A stretch of 22,340 nt of DNA from Candidatus Heimdallarchaeota archaeon (GCA_030614005.1 JAUWKS010000053.1:1-22340); one strand, 5' to 3'; shown: positions 8,454-17,628, counted from the first letter of the stretch. A program made the numbers and translations. Notes: generated from the sequence alone by a model not told the origin.

Positions 8454-9014
8454 TTACAAAATACTCCCACATTCATTACAGTATTTGCTACCGTAAGGAT
8501 TGTTAACACCACAATTTGGACAGAGGTTCTTATCTTTTCTTTTAGTTTTAGCAGCAGCAACAGGAACAACGTCAACAAGTTTACCGGAAAGTCGAATTGC
8601 TCGAAGATATTTATTATAATTTCTATTTGCAGTAACTTTGAGAGCTATCATAGCGATAATTGTACCAACCCAAAGGATATACCCAATCGGAAAGAAAATG
8701 TTGATAACCAATCCTCCAATAAAGAACGTCCAAAGAATTATCAGACCAATTAAACTGGGTGAATTCTTGAATCGGAAGAAAACACCTCGAGAGCCTTTAT
8801 CGTACCCAGTAGACTCACTATAAGTGATGAAACAGTTAGGGCAATAGAAATTGTAATCAAGTTCAACTACACGATCATAACTAGAATGTCTGGTTACTCG
8901 AGAGGAAATAACTTCTTGAAATGTACACTCATGACAAATTGCTTTAGAACATTCGGAACAATTACGCGTTGATGCTTTCTTTGAATGAATGTAACACTTT
9001 GCCATGGAAACCAT
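8454..9014 (-). CDS. Membrane protein with N-terminal B-box-type zinc finger, TM hairpin and C-terminal zinc ribbon
   Basis: C-x2-H-x8-C-x2-C-x4-C-x2-C-x27-C-x2-C at the N-terminus; hydrophobic LIGLIILW...IAMIAL; CPNCG-x9-CNECG at the C-terminus. Alternative start ATG 9005. Confidence 0.82.
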   Translation of the reverse strand: MVSMAKCYIHSKKASTRNCSECSKAICHECTFQEVISSRVTRHSSYDRVVELDYNFYCPNCFITYSESTGYDKGSRGVFFRFKNSPSLIGLIILWTFFIGGLVINIFFPIGYILWVGTIIAMIALKVTANRNYNKYLRAIRLSGKLVDVVPVAAAKTKRKDKNLCPNCGVNNPYGSKYCNECGSIL

Positions 9015-9206
9015 TCCATCAGACTGATAATAAATATCTCATGAACGAACTTTTAAAGATTATTAAGAACGGATTACATTGATAAAAACAACATAATTTG
9101 CTCAAAACACTTTAATTACAAAAACAAACTATAATGAATTGTTTAGTTTAATCGAATTTATCAGATGCAATTAGAATAAGAAAGAAAAAAAGCGCGGGAA
9201 AAGAAC

Positions 9207-9896
9207 ATGGTAAACGAAAAAGTTACTTTGGAAGACATATTAACTCTACGACCGCAGCTCAAAGCTTTTCTCTTTGATTTAGATGGAACATTAGTTAATT
9301 CACAAGAAGGGATAATAACTACTATTCATGATTTTTTGCAAACAAAAGGACACACTTTTGATCGAGAATTGATCACTGAGCTGTTTGGTAAACCATTAGA
9401 AGTTGTTTTTAAGATTTTAATCCCAGATTTAACAGAAGAGGATATAATCGTTTATCTAAAAGAAATACGCGAAAGATACTCAAAGAATCATACGGAAATC
9501 ACACCACTATTTCCTAAAACAAAAGAAATACTTGAAGGTATTAAAGCAAAAGGTTTCAAAATGGGGGTTGCTTCAACTAAATTCAAAAAGTTCATTGTAG
9601 AAATTCTAGAACACTATAATCTTCTTGGATTATTTGAGGTTATAGTATCAGGGTATGAAGTTAAAAACCATAAACCCGCACCAGATATTCTTATAGAAAC
9701 AGCTAAACAGCTTCAAGTGTTGCCTTCGGAATGCGTCTATGTTGGTGATAGCCCATCAGATATAGAAGCAGGAAAAAGAGCAGGTTGTGTGTCAATAGCG
9801 GTATTAACAGGACCACACGGACAAGAGACGTTTGTAAATGAAAAACCAGATTATGTTATAGACAATTTACTATCTCTTGTGATAGACATGAGTTAA
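9207..9896 (+). CDS. HAD-superfamily phosphatase, subfamily IA (phosphoglycolate phosphatase/PpaX-like)
   Basis: Motif I FDLDGT, motif II ASTK, motif III HKPAPD, motif IV VGDSPSDIEAG. Substrate cannot be determined from sequence. Confidence 0.92.
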   Translation: MVNEKVTLEDILTLRPQLKAFLFDLDGTLVNSQEGIITTIHDFLQTKGHTFDRELITELFGKPLEVVFKILIPDLTEEDIIVYLKEIRERYSKNHTEITPLFPKTKEILEGIKAKGFKMGVASTKFKKFIVEILEHYNLLGLFEVIVSGYEVKNHKPAPDILIETAKQLQVLPSECVYVGDSPSDIEAGKRAGCVSIAVLTGPHGQETFVNEKPDYVIDNLLSLVIDMS

Positions 9897-9922
9897 TGGA
9901 TATTCTTTTAATCTATATTTTT

Positions 9923-12097
9923 TCAATTTCTTAATCTTCGTTTTCGAACTCCTAAAACGATAATTGGAATAACTGCTAAAGTAATTGGTACTAAAATTGA
10001 AACAGAGAGGATTGTATTACGTCGAATCATCCCTTGACTAAATGGAGCATCATTAAAGTGAATTAAGATAAGACCATCTGTATCTGAAGCTAGATACACA
10101 ATGTTATCATAAACTGCGACATTTTGTAAATTATTTCCATAGTTTTCATTCTCAATTGCTTGTATGTTAGTAATTTCATAATATTCTCCTTGCAGCAGTG
10201 GACTAGTGGGTGTAGAAACTTTAAAAATTAAAAGACCTTCATCGTAATCTGTCATGTAAATAAAACCATTATCAAAACATATGCTTTTTCCACCCCTATA
10301 ATAGTAACTATCTCTATCATCTGTTTGATAAAACCCAATCTCAAAAGGAGATGATAATTCACTAACATCAATAATTCTTAAACCGAAATTTCTAATTGCA
10401 CAGTATGCAAGGTTATCATAAATTTCTATATCTCCGAAGGAGCTGGAATATTCCAAAGCACAAACAGATAATTCTTGTAAAGATGATGCGTTGCTGGCAT
10501 CGAATATATGCATTCCAAAATTTAAACCTACGAAAATAATCTCATTTTGCACTACAAAAGCGCGTGCATATTCATCATTAAAATCATGTTTCCCTAAAGA
10601 TGTTATATTATTCACATCGGTAATATTGTAGATTTCCAATCGTGAGAAACTTGTACCCCACATACTTGAATACGCAGTTAATAAATATGCTCTGTTGTCT
10701 TCTATAACCAAATTTGTGTGCGCTGAACTAGCATACCGATCATTTACATCATGTGTGAGTTTAATCGGGTTGGTAGGATTTGAAACATCAAAAACATCCA
10801 ATGATAGAGAATGTTTGTTCACCAGATAAGCACGATTATTCTGAACAACAATGTTTTGGTAGTATGTCCTGTCTGAAAAACTATTACTGAGTAATTTTGG
10901 ATTATAAGGATTTTTAACATCCAGAATTAGTAACCCATTTTTGCCATTTGCAATATAAGCAATCGATTTTTCGATGAAAACATCTGATGTTGTTCCTCCA
11001 TCAGAAAAATACCCAATGAATTGAAGATCAGAAGGTGTCGGACCAATTTCAATGATTTTTATTCCAAAGTTACTATCTACCAAAAAGAAGTATTCGTCTG
11101 AAAAGCAAGCTCTGTTACAATATCCTGGTAGGTAAAATTCACCTATTTTAGAGATATTAGCGGGATCAGTATAGTTGATTAGTAGTAATCCATTATATCG
11201 TGTTAAAATGTATAAGCAATCATCAATAACGTAGCCATCAACGAAATATTCACTACTATCGTAATATACCAAGAGATTCTGTGGTTGAGCTAAATTACTA
11301 ATATCAACTATTTGAAGAACATCACCTGCACGAAAGATTATTGCAGTATTTTCGAAAATATGTAATCCGAAACTAAGCGAATAAGTGAATGTTTCAAAAA
11401 CACTAATTGGTGTGATGTTATCCAATTGACTTAAATTAAGAATCTCAAATCGACGACCGACAACAAATGCAGTATCTTCTTGAAAATGGAAATCATAAAT
11501 ACCCCACTCATCAACTTTGTAACTATTAATAAGTTGAGGATTTCTAGAATCTGAAATATCTATTATTAATAATCCTTCATAACCATCAGCAATAACAAGA
11601 TGATTTCTAAAAAAACCTACTTTCCAAGGGTTATCAATATCTTTGAATTCACCAAGTTTCTTGGGTAGGGAAGGATTTGAGACATCAAGAATGGTCAATT
11701 TTCCATACCATTGAGTTACGTATGCTTTTCCATCCTTTACACAGACACTATTAGCATTACTCACATTTGAAAAACTGCCAAGAAATTTTGGTTGATGGAT
11801 TTTTGTTAAATCAAGAATTAACAAACCAGCAATCCCATCTGCAACATAACCATATCTTTTAAGACCTCTTTTTTCAATAAAAATATCATATGAATTCCCA
11901 TAGTTCTTATCATATTGTCCTAATTTCTTACAATTTATTCTATTGAAAGCCATAGGGTTTGCATCATCGATAAACTCAGATTCCAATCCCGTAGAATCTA
12001 ATTCCTTAGCTAGAGTTATGCTAGAGATGTTTAACAAGCAACATGAGGACAAAATCATCACTACAATTGTGAGGTGTATTTTACTGGTTCTTCTCAT
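9923..12097 (-). CDS. LVIVD-repeat cell-surface protein (14 repeats) with signal peptide and C-terminal TM anchor
   Basis: Repeated GL.I.D.S.P..P units at about 42-aa spacing. N-terminal hydrophobic signal. C-terminal ILSVSILVPITLAVIPIIVLGV followed by RKRRLRN. Confidence 0.88.
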   Translation of the reverse strand: MRRTSKIHLTIVVMILSSCCLLNISSITLAKELDSTGLESEFIDDANPMAFNRINCKKLGQYDKNYGNSYDIFIEKRGLKRYGYVADGIAGLLILDLTKIHQPKFLGSFSNVSNANSVCVKDGKAYVTQWYGKLTILDVSNPSLPKKLGEFKDIDNPWKVGFFRNHLVIADGYEGLLIIDISDSRNPQLINSYKVDEWGIYDFHFQEDTAFVVGRRFEILNLSQLDNITPISVFETFTYSLSFGLHIFENTAIIFRAGDVLQIVDISNLAQPQNLLVYYDSSEYFVDGYVIDDCLYILTRYNGLLLINYTDPANISKIGEFYLPGYCNRACFSDEYFFLVDSNFGIKIIEIGPTPSDLQFIGYFSDGGTTSDVFIEKSIAYIANGKNGLLILDVKNPYNPKLLSNSFSDRTYYQNIVVQNNRAYLVNKHSLSLDVFDVSNPTNPIKLTHDVNDRYASSAHTNLVIEDNRAYLLTAYSSMWGTSFSRLEIYNITDVNNITSLGKHDFNDEYARAFVVQNEIIFVGLNFGMHIFDASNASSLQELSVCALEYSSSFGDIEIYDNLAYCAIRNFGLRIIDVSELSSPFEIGFYQTDDRDSYYYRGGKSICFDNGFIYMTDYDEGLLIFKVSTPTSPLLQGEYYEITNIQAIENENYGNNLQNVAVYDNIVYLASDTDGLILIHFNDAPFSQGMIRRNTILSVSILVPITLAVIPIIVLGVRKRRLRN

Positions 12098-14877
12098 TGT
12101 TTGCCTCTCCTTTTCTTTATAATTGATAAAAATGTTAACAAGAACAGTGGCAAGATAAACAGACCAAATGGAACAATTGATGAGCTGCTTGTAGGATACA
12201 GGATAGGTGTTTTAGTATAAGATGGATAATCATTTCTATCCAATGGGTCAGTTCCTTCTTGAACCTCCTCAAAATCGCTATAACCATCTCCGTCTGTATC
12301 ACTATTACATGCTCTTGTTCCCAGAAGGAATTCTTCGAAATTAGTCAAACCATCCAAATCAAGATCACCATTAGAATCTGTATTATCTAAAGGATCCAAG
12401 TAATTCATTACTTCATAACCATCAGTTATTAGATCGTTATCTGTATCATTGCAATTCAAATCTGTTTTATAAATGTAGAATTCGGCCCAATCTAGAAGCG
12501 TATCATTGTCTGAATCATCATCTAAAGGATTTGAGAGAAGATGAAAAATCTCAAAGCTATCATATAATCGATCATGATCTGTATCTATATTTAACGGATC
12601 AGTTTTGTAGATAATTTCATCAAAATCTATTAATCCATCTAAATCTGTATCTTGTTGTAAGGGATTGGTGCAATTCAAAAATTCATCGAGATTTGAGAGA
12701 CCATCGCCATCGGAATCTAAACTGCTATCCGAATTATTGTTTGGATTAAAATTATATTGAACTTCAAAACCATCAAACATTGAATCACCATCGGAATCAA
12801 CATTTAGATGGTCCGTTGAATAAATCTCCTCTTCCAAAAAATCTGCAAGTTGATCATTATCTGTGTCTGACCCAAAAAGACTCAACCCTTGATCACTGGC
12901 GACGTAAATGGTTTCATTTACTATAACCAAATCAAAATCATTATTTGAATACATACTTCCCCAATCAGTGTTCGATGTAGGGTAAAGTTGACCATGAACA
13001 GAAACGTTCTCTAAATCGCTTATATTATAGATCACTAAAGGTAAATCATCAGTAATACAGTAAACTAAATCTTCAATAACGTGTACTCGAAGAATTTTAT
13101 CATAATCCGAAGAATTGATAGTGACAATAAAAACTGGATTTACTACATCACTAATGTTAATGATAGACAAGCCATCATATTCTGCAGCAATAAATAGCAA
13201 GTCACCAATAATGTTAACATCATAGCAATTTTCTCCAAAATCAGTTATATGAGCAATCAATTGAATATTATTCTTATCTGAAATGTTTAGTAGATAGAAA
13301 CCTGATCGACTGTTAGTGACTACTGCAAGATTATCCTGTATATCAATTTCAGAAATCCAAAGATTAAGAGATATTGTATCTACGATAAACGGATTTGTTG
13401 GAGTTGAGATATCAATTATGCTAAAATCGTCTCCTCCACCTGTATAAGCAAAATTTCCTTGTATAGCAAGATACGAAGTTCTACTAATTGCTATTGAACC
13501 TAAGAGTGATGGACTTTCAAGATTGGTGATATTCAAAATGAAAAGCTTTGAGCCGTCAGTCACAAAGGTTAAGTTATCTTTTAACACAGCAGCTAGTAAC
13601 AAACTCCCCGTTGAATACCTTGAAATGAGAATTGGATTTTCTGGTTGAGAGATATTGAAAAGCTTGAAACCTCTATAGGCATCACAAACAATAGCTAACT
13701 GCTCTTGTATATCAATTCTATTTGTAGAAGGGGGATTATTCTCTGAGAGGAGTATTTCAGCAGAAGGATTCGTAATATCATAGATTAGTAATCCTGCTCT
13801 ATGAGCTGCAACGAACATTTTACTGTTTTGTAAAAAGATGGCTTGAATGTTGACCAAAGATACTCTTAACGCATTTATGCTTATTGGGTTACCAACATTA
13901 AAGGCATCAATGATATAAATAATTCCAGAAGTGCTTAAAACATAAACCATGCGTTCTTTTACAACCAATTCTTTCGCATTGAAATATGTGTGTATATTTG
14001 CATCAATATTGTAGAGGCTAACTAAATTTGGTTGAGTAATTGAATAAAGTGTGACAATTGCAAGAAACTCATCATTTAGCAAATAGAGATAATTGCCTTC
14101 CAGAAACAAACTACAAATTTTATCTATAAAAAACCCGTTGAAAATTTCTATTGGTGATACTTTATCGGAAATATCTAAAATAATCAAACCGCTGTCAATA
14201 TCAGATAGGATGAGATAATCTCCTGAAACTAAAAGATGAGAATAACTATCTGTGCTCCCCCAAGTACCAACTATTTCTAAATCTGTTGGATCACTTAAAT
14301 CAATAATCATCAATCCATCATTTAGAGTTGTTACATAAAGAAAATTGTCTTGAATATAGAAATCTACAATATAATAATTCAAAAATAACGCTAGTTTCAG
14401 TGGGTTATAAGGGTCTGAAATATTATAAATATCTATAGCATTGATTTTGTCCGAGGACCGATAAATACTTGTACCAAGAAAAGCAAGATTGCCATCTACT
14501 TCAATTTTTTTATTATAGCGATCTTCTGGATAACGTATTCTGGATATTAGACTAGGGTGAGCAGGATTACTGATATTATAGAGTATGAAAGCTTCTTCAT
14601 CAGCGATAAAAGCAACATCATCTATCACTTCGACATCCCAAACATTGGAAAAATGGTTTTCACTCCAATTAGAAATGAGAGAATAATTGACTGATGGAGG
14701 AAGCGAAGTAGATATTAAATTATTGTCTCGCGGCTCAATATTTTGAGTAGTATCTAAAGCAAGACCTATATCAGTAGAATCATAGAAATTAGAAAGCATC
14801 ATTGATAGAACAAAAATAATGATAAGTGAAAAATTAAGATGCAACCCTCTCTTTACATTTGTTTTTCTATTAAACAT
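12094..14877 (-). CDS. LVIVD-repeat cell-surface protein (14 repeats) with nine TSP3-like Ca-binding repeats and C-terminal TM anchor
   Basis: 14 LVIVD-type units; nine DxDxDxxxDxxE units; TM IVPFGLFILPLFLLTFLSII plus KKRRGKQ tail. Stop overlaps the next start (ATGA, 12094-12097). Confidence 0.9.
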   Translation of the reverse strand: MFNRKTNVKRGLHLNFSLIIIFVLSMMLSNFYDSTDIGLALDTTQNIEPRDNNLISTSLPPSVNYSLISNWSENHFSNVWDVEVIDDVAFIADEEAFILYNISNPAHPSLISRIRYPEDRYNKKIEVDGNLAFLGTSIYRSSDKINAIDIYNISDPYNPLKLALFLNYYIVDFYIQDNFLYVTTLNDGLMIIDLSDPTDLEIVGTWGSTDSYSHLLVSGDYLILSDIDSGLIILDISDKVSPIEIFNGFFIDKICSLFLEGNYLYLLNDEFLAIVTLYSITQPNLVSLYNIDANIHTYFNAKELVVKERMVYVLSTSGIIYIIDAFNVGNPISINALRVSLVNIQAIFLQNSKMFVAAHRAGLLIYDITNPSAEILLSENNPPSTNRIDIQEQLAIVCDAYRGFKLFNISQPENPILISRYSTGSLLLAAVLKDNLTFVTDGSKLFILNITNLESPSLLGSIAISRTSYLAIQGNFAYTGGGDDFSIIDISTPTNPFIVDTISLNLWISEIDIQDNLAVVTNSRSGFYLLNISDKNNIQLIAHITDFGENCYDVNIIGDLLFIAAEYDGLSIINISDVVNPVFIVTINSSDYDKILRVHVIEDLVYCITDDLPLVIYNISDLENVSVHGQLYPTSNTDWGSMYSNNDFDLVIVNETIYVASDQGLSLFGSDTDNDQLADFLEEEIYSTDHLNVDSDGDSMFDGFEVQYNFNPNNNSDSSLDSDGDGLSNLDEFLNCTNPLQQDTDLDGLIDFDEIIYKTDPLNIDTDHDRLYDSFEIFHLLSNPLDDDSDNDTLLDWAEFYIYKTDLNCNDTDNDLITDGYEVMNYLDPLDNTDSNGDLDLDGLTNFEEFLLGTRACNSDTDGDGYSDFEEVQEGTDPLDRNDYPSYTKTPILYPTSSSSIVPFGLFILPLFLLTFLSIIKKRRGKQ
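12220..12870 (-). repeat. Nine protein-level TSP3-like Ca-binding repeats
   Basis: DTDNDQLADFLE, DSDGDSMFDGFE, DSDGDGLSNLDE, DTDLDGLIDFDE, DTDHDRLYDSFE, DSDNDTLLDWAE, DTDNDLITDGYE, DLDLDGLTNFEE, DTDGDGYSDFEE. Confidence 0.85.
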
Positions 14878-14933
14878 CTCAAAACCCCGTTATTAGTAAG
14901 GTTATTCGTCTTTAAACCATTTTCTATTAAACT

Positions 14934-14947
14934 GCAAGTTTTTAAAT
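14934..14947 (+). promoter_or_regulatory. Candidate BRE/TATA box in the divergent intergenic region
   Basis: GCAAG-TTTTTAAAT, about 45 nt upstream of ATG 14990. Confidence 0.35.
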
Positions 14948-14989
14948 TTGGATTAACATATTAAGAACAGAACAAATGGAAGACTAATC

Positions 14990-15358
14990 ATGAGTGATGA
15001 TAATAAATACAAAAGTGACTATCTGTCGTTACAATTCTACTCAATAGGTGGCCGATGGGGTTACGCAATAATGCGGCTGGAAGATTCAAGTAAGGTTGCC
15101 AAAGTACGCTTAGCTAAATGTAAGAAAACAGAAGCATTTCCATCAACAAAGAAATATGAGTGGGAAGAAGTACCTGTAGCACATGTCAATGATTTTAGTC
15201 AAGTGCAAAAGATAAACTTCAAACACACTGACAACTTCAGCAATATTGCAGAGAAGATAACCAAAGAATTAGCAATAATAAAAGAAACTGAGGAAGCAAA
15301 AGAAAAAGCGAAAGAAGAACAAACAACGGAACAAAAAGAACCTCAAGAAGAAAGCTGA
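14990..15358 (+). CDS. Small soluble hypothetical protein, possible PC4/PUR-like nucleic-acid-binding fold, with an acidic low-complexity tail
   Basis: Clean 122-aa ORF divergent from the LVIVD gene. Aromatic/basic beta-strands (FYSIGGRWGYAIMRL, KVRLAKCKK, QKINFK), then a helix (NFSNIAEKITKEL) and an E/K/Q tail. Confidence 0.7.
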   Translation: MSDDNKYKSDYLSLQFYSIGGRWGYAIMRLEDSSKVAKVRLAKCKKTEAFPSTKKYEWEEVPVAHVNDFSQVQKINFKHTDNFSNIAEKITKELAIIKETEEAKEKAKEEQTTEQKEPQEES

Positions 15359-15670
15359 AATCTTATAATTCTATACATGGTATGTCTCTGCTATTTTTTT
15401 TCTCGACTTTCGTAATATTACCAATAATTTTTTCTTTTTTAAGTAGGGGTGTTTTTTAAAATTACAATTCATTCACAATAACTTTTATCACAAAATAATC
15501 TGTTACTGTTAGTTTTTTTAGTGAATCCATTTTCTACTAAAGAAAATATAATTATAGGTATCTAATCATAATTCTGCATAGAACGATTTTAAATAGTAAA
15601 ATAACATATCACTTTTGATTTTCCAATTAGTAGTAAAACGAGGAAAAAAATATCTGGAAGTAAATGAAAT

Positions 15671-16531
15671 ATGTCACGAATACTAAGTAGCAACCGATTC
15701 TTTTTTGAGTCCTCAAAAAATCCTCGATTGTGGTCTTTTTCAACGAGAAAATGGAAAGCTCTTATATTAATTTTAATCCCATTGAATCTAGTGACTATCG
15801 CTTGTATAATTTTTGGATTCTTATTTACTTCTCCATCAAAAGAGCATTGGTATGATATTTTTACTCTTACAGGAACATTAATGATCATTATTTCCATATT
15901 TTGGATAAATTGCTTCCCTTGTGCTTTGGTTTACACATTCAAACCTAAATTACGAAAAGATGAAGAATTGATTCTTGGGATATCTCCTATAATATCCTAT
16001 ATTGGAACAATAATGTGTACTGTCCTGTATATCATAGTAATCAGTAAAATGTGGATGCCTTCATTAACTCTTATAGAAAATGCTGATCTTCAAATAAAGT
16101 GGGGAGTTCCTATTTTACTACCAATTCTAATGGTTCCAACAGTGATATCAGTATGGTATACAAATATATTCCTAACAACATTCACAATAATTGAAATAGA
16201 TTTAAACAAAAATCAATTCAGAATATTCGGGAGAACAGTGAAAAAACAAAGATTCGATTTTATTATTTCTTTAAATGCCCAATGCAAACTATTAATTATG
16301 AAATACAAACCTGAAACTTTTATTGATAAAATAGAAAGAATAGCTTTATTCTTGGAAACTGAAGGGAGTTTAATACGGCTGTACTCAACTCCAGATGCAA
16401 ACTTCCTCAACCAATTTCAAGCAGAAAAAACAAAGCTAACTAATTGGTCTGCGATAATTTATTCTGATGAAATTCCTCCGGATATTTGCAACATTAGTTC
16501 TACCAAAATCAATCAAAAGTTTCTCTCATAA
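15671..16531 (+). CDS. Hypothetical membrane protein: four TM helices plus a soluble C-terminal beta-rich domain
   Basis: 286-aa ORF with four clear hydrophobic segments, followed by IIEIDLNKNQFRIFG... No family recognised. Confidence 0.65.
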   Translation: MSRILSSNRFFFESSKNPRLWSFSTRKWKALILILIPLNLVTIACIIFGFLFTSPSKEHWYDIFTLTGTLMIIISIFWINCFPCALVYTFKPKLRKDEELILGISPIISYIGTIMCTVLYIIVISKMWMPSLTLIENADLQIKWGVPILLPILMVPTVISVWYTNIFLTTFTIIEIDLNKNQFRIFGRTVKKQRFDFIISLNAQCKLLIMKYKPETFIDKIERIALFLETEGSLIRLYSTPDANFLNQFQAEKTKLTNWSAIIYSDEIPPDICNISSTKINQKFLS

Positions 16532-16700
16532 TAGTATAAAATAGCTGATTCAACAAACATTGAATGTATGTTTTTTTCTTCAAGAAATAGATATCATACC
16601 TATTTTTGGTCTGAGGGATAAAACTTATTGACTAAATTGAGTTAAATACAACAGTTATAAGGAAAAATTCCCAACTATTGAATCTATTTAGGTGTAAACT

Positions 16701-17588
16701 ATGAGAAAAGTAACAATCGTTGCTGATGGTCTTTCTGAATTGACAAAAGACACAATTGAAAAATATGATATTGTAACTGTTCCATATAGAATCTTTTTTG
16801 GTAAGGAAACGTTCTATATCAAAAACAATAATGAATTCGAGCTTAGTACTGCTGAATTTTGTGAGAAGTTAAAAACTGTCACAAAAGATACCTTCCCCCG
16901 TACTTCTGTTCCTTCTCCTGCCGATTTTGCTGAGGCGTTTGATGAAGCCTTCAAAAAAACAGATAGTGTTATTGCTTTCGTAATCACTTCCGGTATGTCT
17001 GGAGCAGTACAAACAGCTAATGGTGTTGTTAAGAATCTTTACAAAGATAAAGACATAACTATTTTTGACACCCTTCATACAATGTCTGGAATTGGTAATC
17101 AAGCCATAGAAGCCGCCAAAATGGCTCATGAAGGTAAATCAAAAGAAGAAATAATTGCTCGCTTAGAAGATCTAAAACCTAAGACGAGATATATTCTTGC
17201 TATGCGTGATTTGGACTTTCTTGAGAAACAAGGGCGCTTAGGACCCATTGAAAAAGTTCGCGAAAAGAACCCCGATGTTATTCCTGCTGTTCAAGAAAAA
17301 GATGGTATATTGCATCCTCTTACTCTGTTCAACAGTGAGCAGAATTTAATCGATCGTATGACTGCTTTTGCCAAGAAAGTTTGTGAAGTCAATGAAACGG
17401 ATGATATTTTTCTGACACACATTAACAATTCGAACGCTACAAAAGCAATATACAAGGCACTAATGGAGCACAAAAAGGAAAGCACAACCATTCATTATTA
17501 CGAAGCCTGTGCAATACTAGGCGCGTATTCTGGTCCTAACAGTATTTCCCACAGCTATATCGGCGATTTTGAAAGTGAGTGGTTATAA
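16701..17588 (+). CDS. degV: DegV/FakB-family fatty-acid-binding protein (paralogue 1)
   Basis: PRTSVPSP, ITSGMSG, IFDT..TMSGIG, L.KQGRL, LGAYSGP motifs; 295 aa is the expected size; AGGTG 6 nt upstream of the ATG. Confidence 0.92.
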   Translation: MRKVTIVADGLSELTKDTIEKYDIVTVPYRIFFGKETFYIKNNNEFELSTAEFCEKLKTVTKDTFPRTSVPSPADFAEAFDEAFKKTDSVIAFVITSGMSGAVQTANGVVKNLYKDKDITIFDTLHTMSGIGNQAIEAAKMAHEGKSKEEIIARLEDLKPKTRYILAMRDLDFLEKQGRLGPIEKVREKNPDVIPAVQEKDGILHPLTLFNSEQNLIDRMTAFAKKVCEVNETDDIFLTHINNSNATKAIYKALMEHKKESTTIHYYEACAILGAYSGPNSISHSYIGDFESEWL

Positions 17589-17599
17589 AACAAATTAGC

Positions 17600-17628
17600 C
17601 TCTATCTTTCCTCTTTTTTATTTCTCAA
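17600..17628 (+). terminator. Pyrimidine/T-tract terminator after degV paralogue 1
   Basis: CTCTATCTTTCCTCTTTTTTATTTCTC just downstream of the stop codon. Confidence 0.4.

Noticed and set aside
8431-8472. Extended start (8472) for the GOLD-like gene
   Set aside because: It would overlap the upstream gene's 3' end; ATG 8430 directly begins a typical signal peptide.
5830-8823. Short ORFs 5830..6012(-), 8213..8446(+), 8638..8823(+)
   Set aside because: Fully antisense to better-supported genes; no recognisable features.
9923-14877. LVIVD genes as diversity-generating retroelement targets
   Set aside because: No reverse transcriptase, no C-terminal CLec-like variable region, and no near-identical template/variable repeat pair visible in the window.
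15359-15670. 312-bp AT-rich gap with short Lys-rich minus-strand frames
   Set aside because: No frame longer than about 30 codons, no repeat structure and no stable hairpin; cannot support a gene or RNA.
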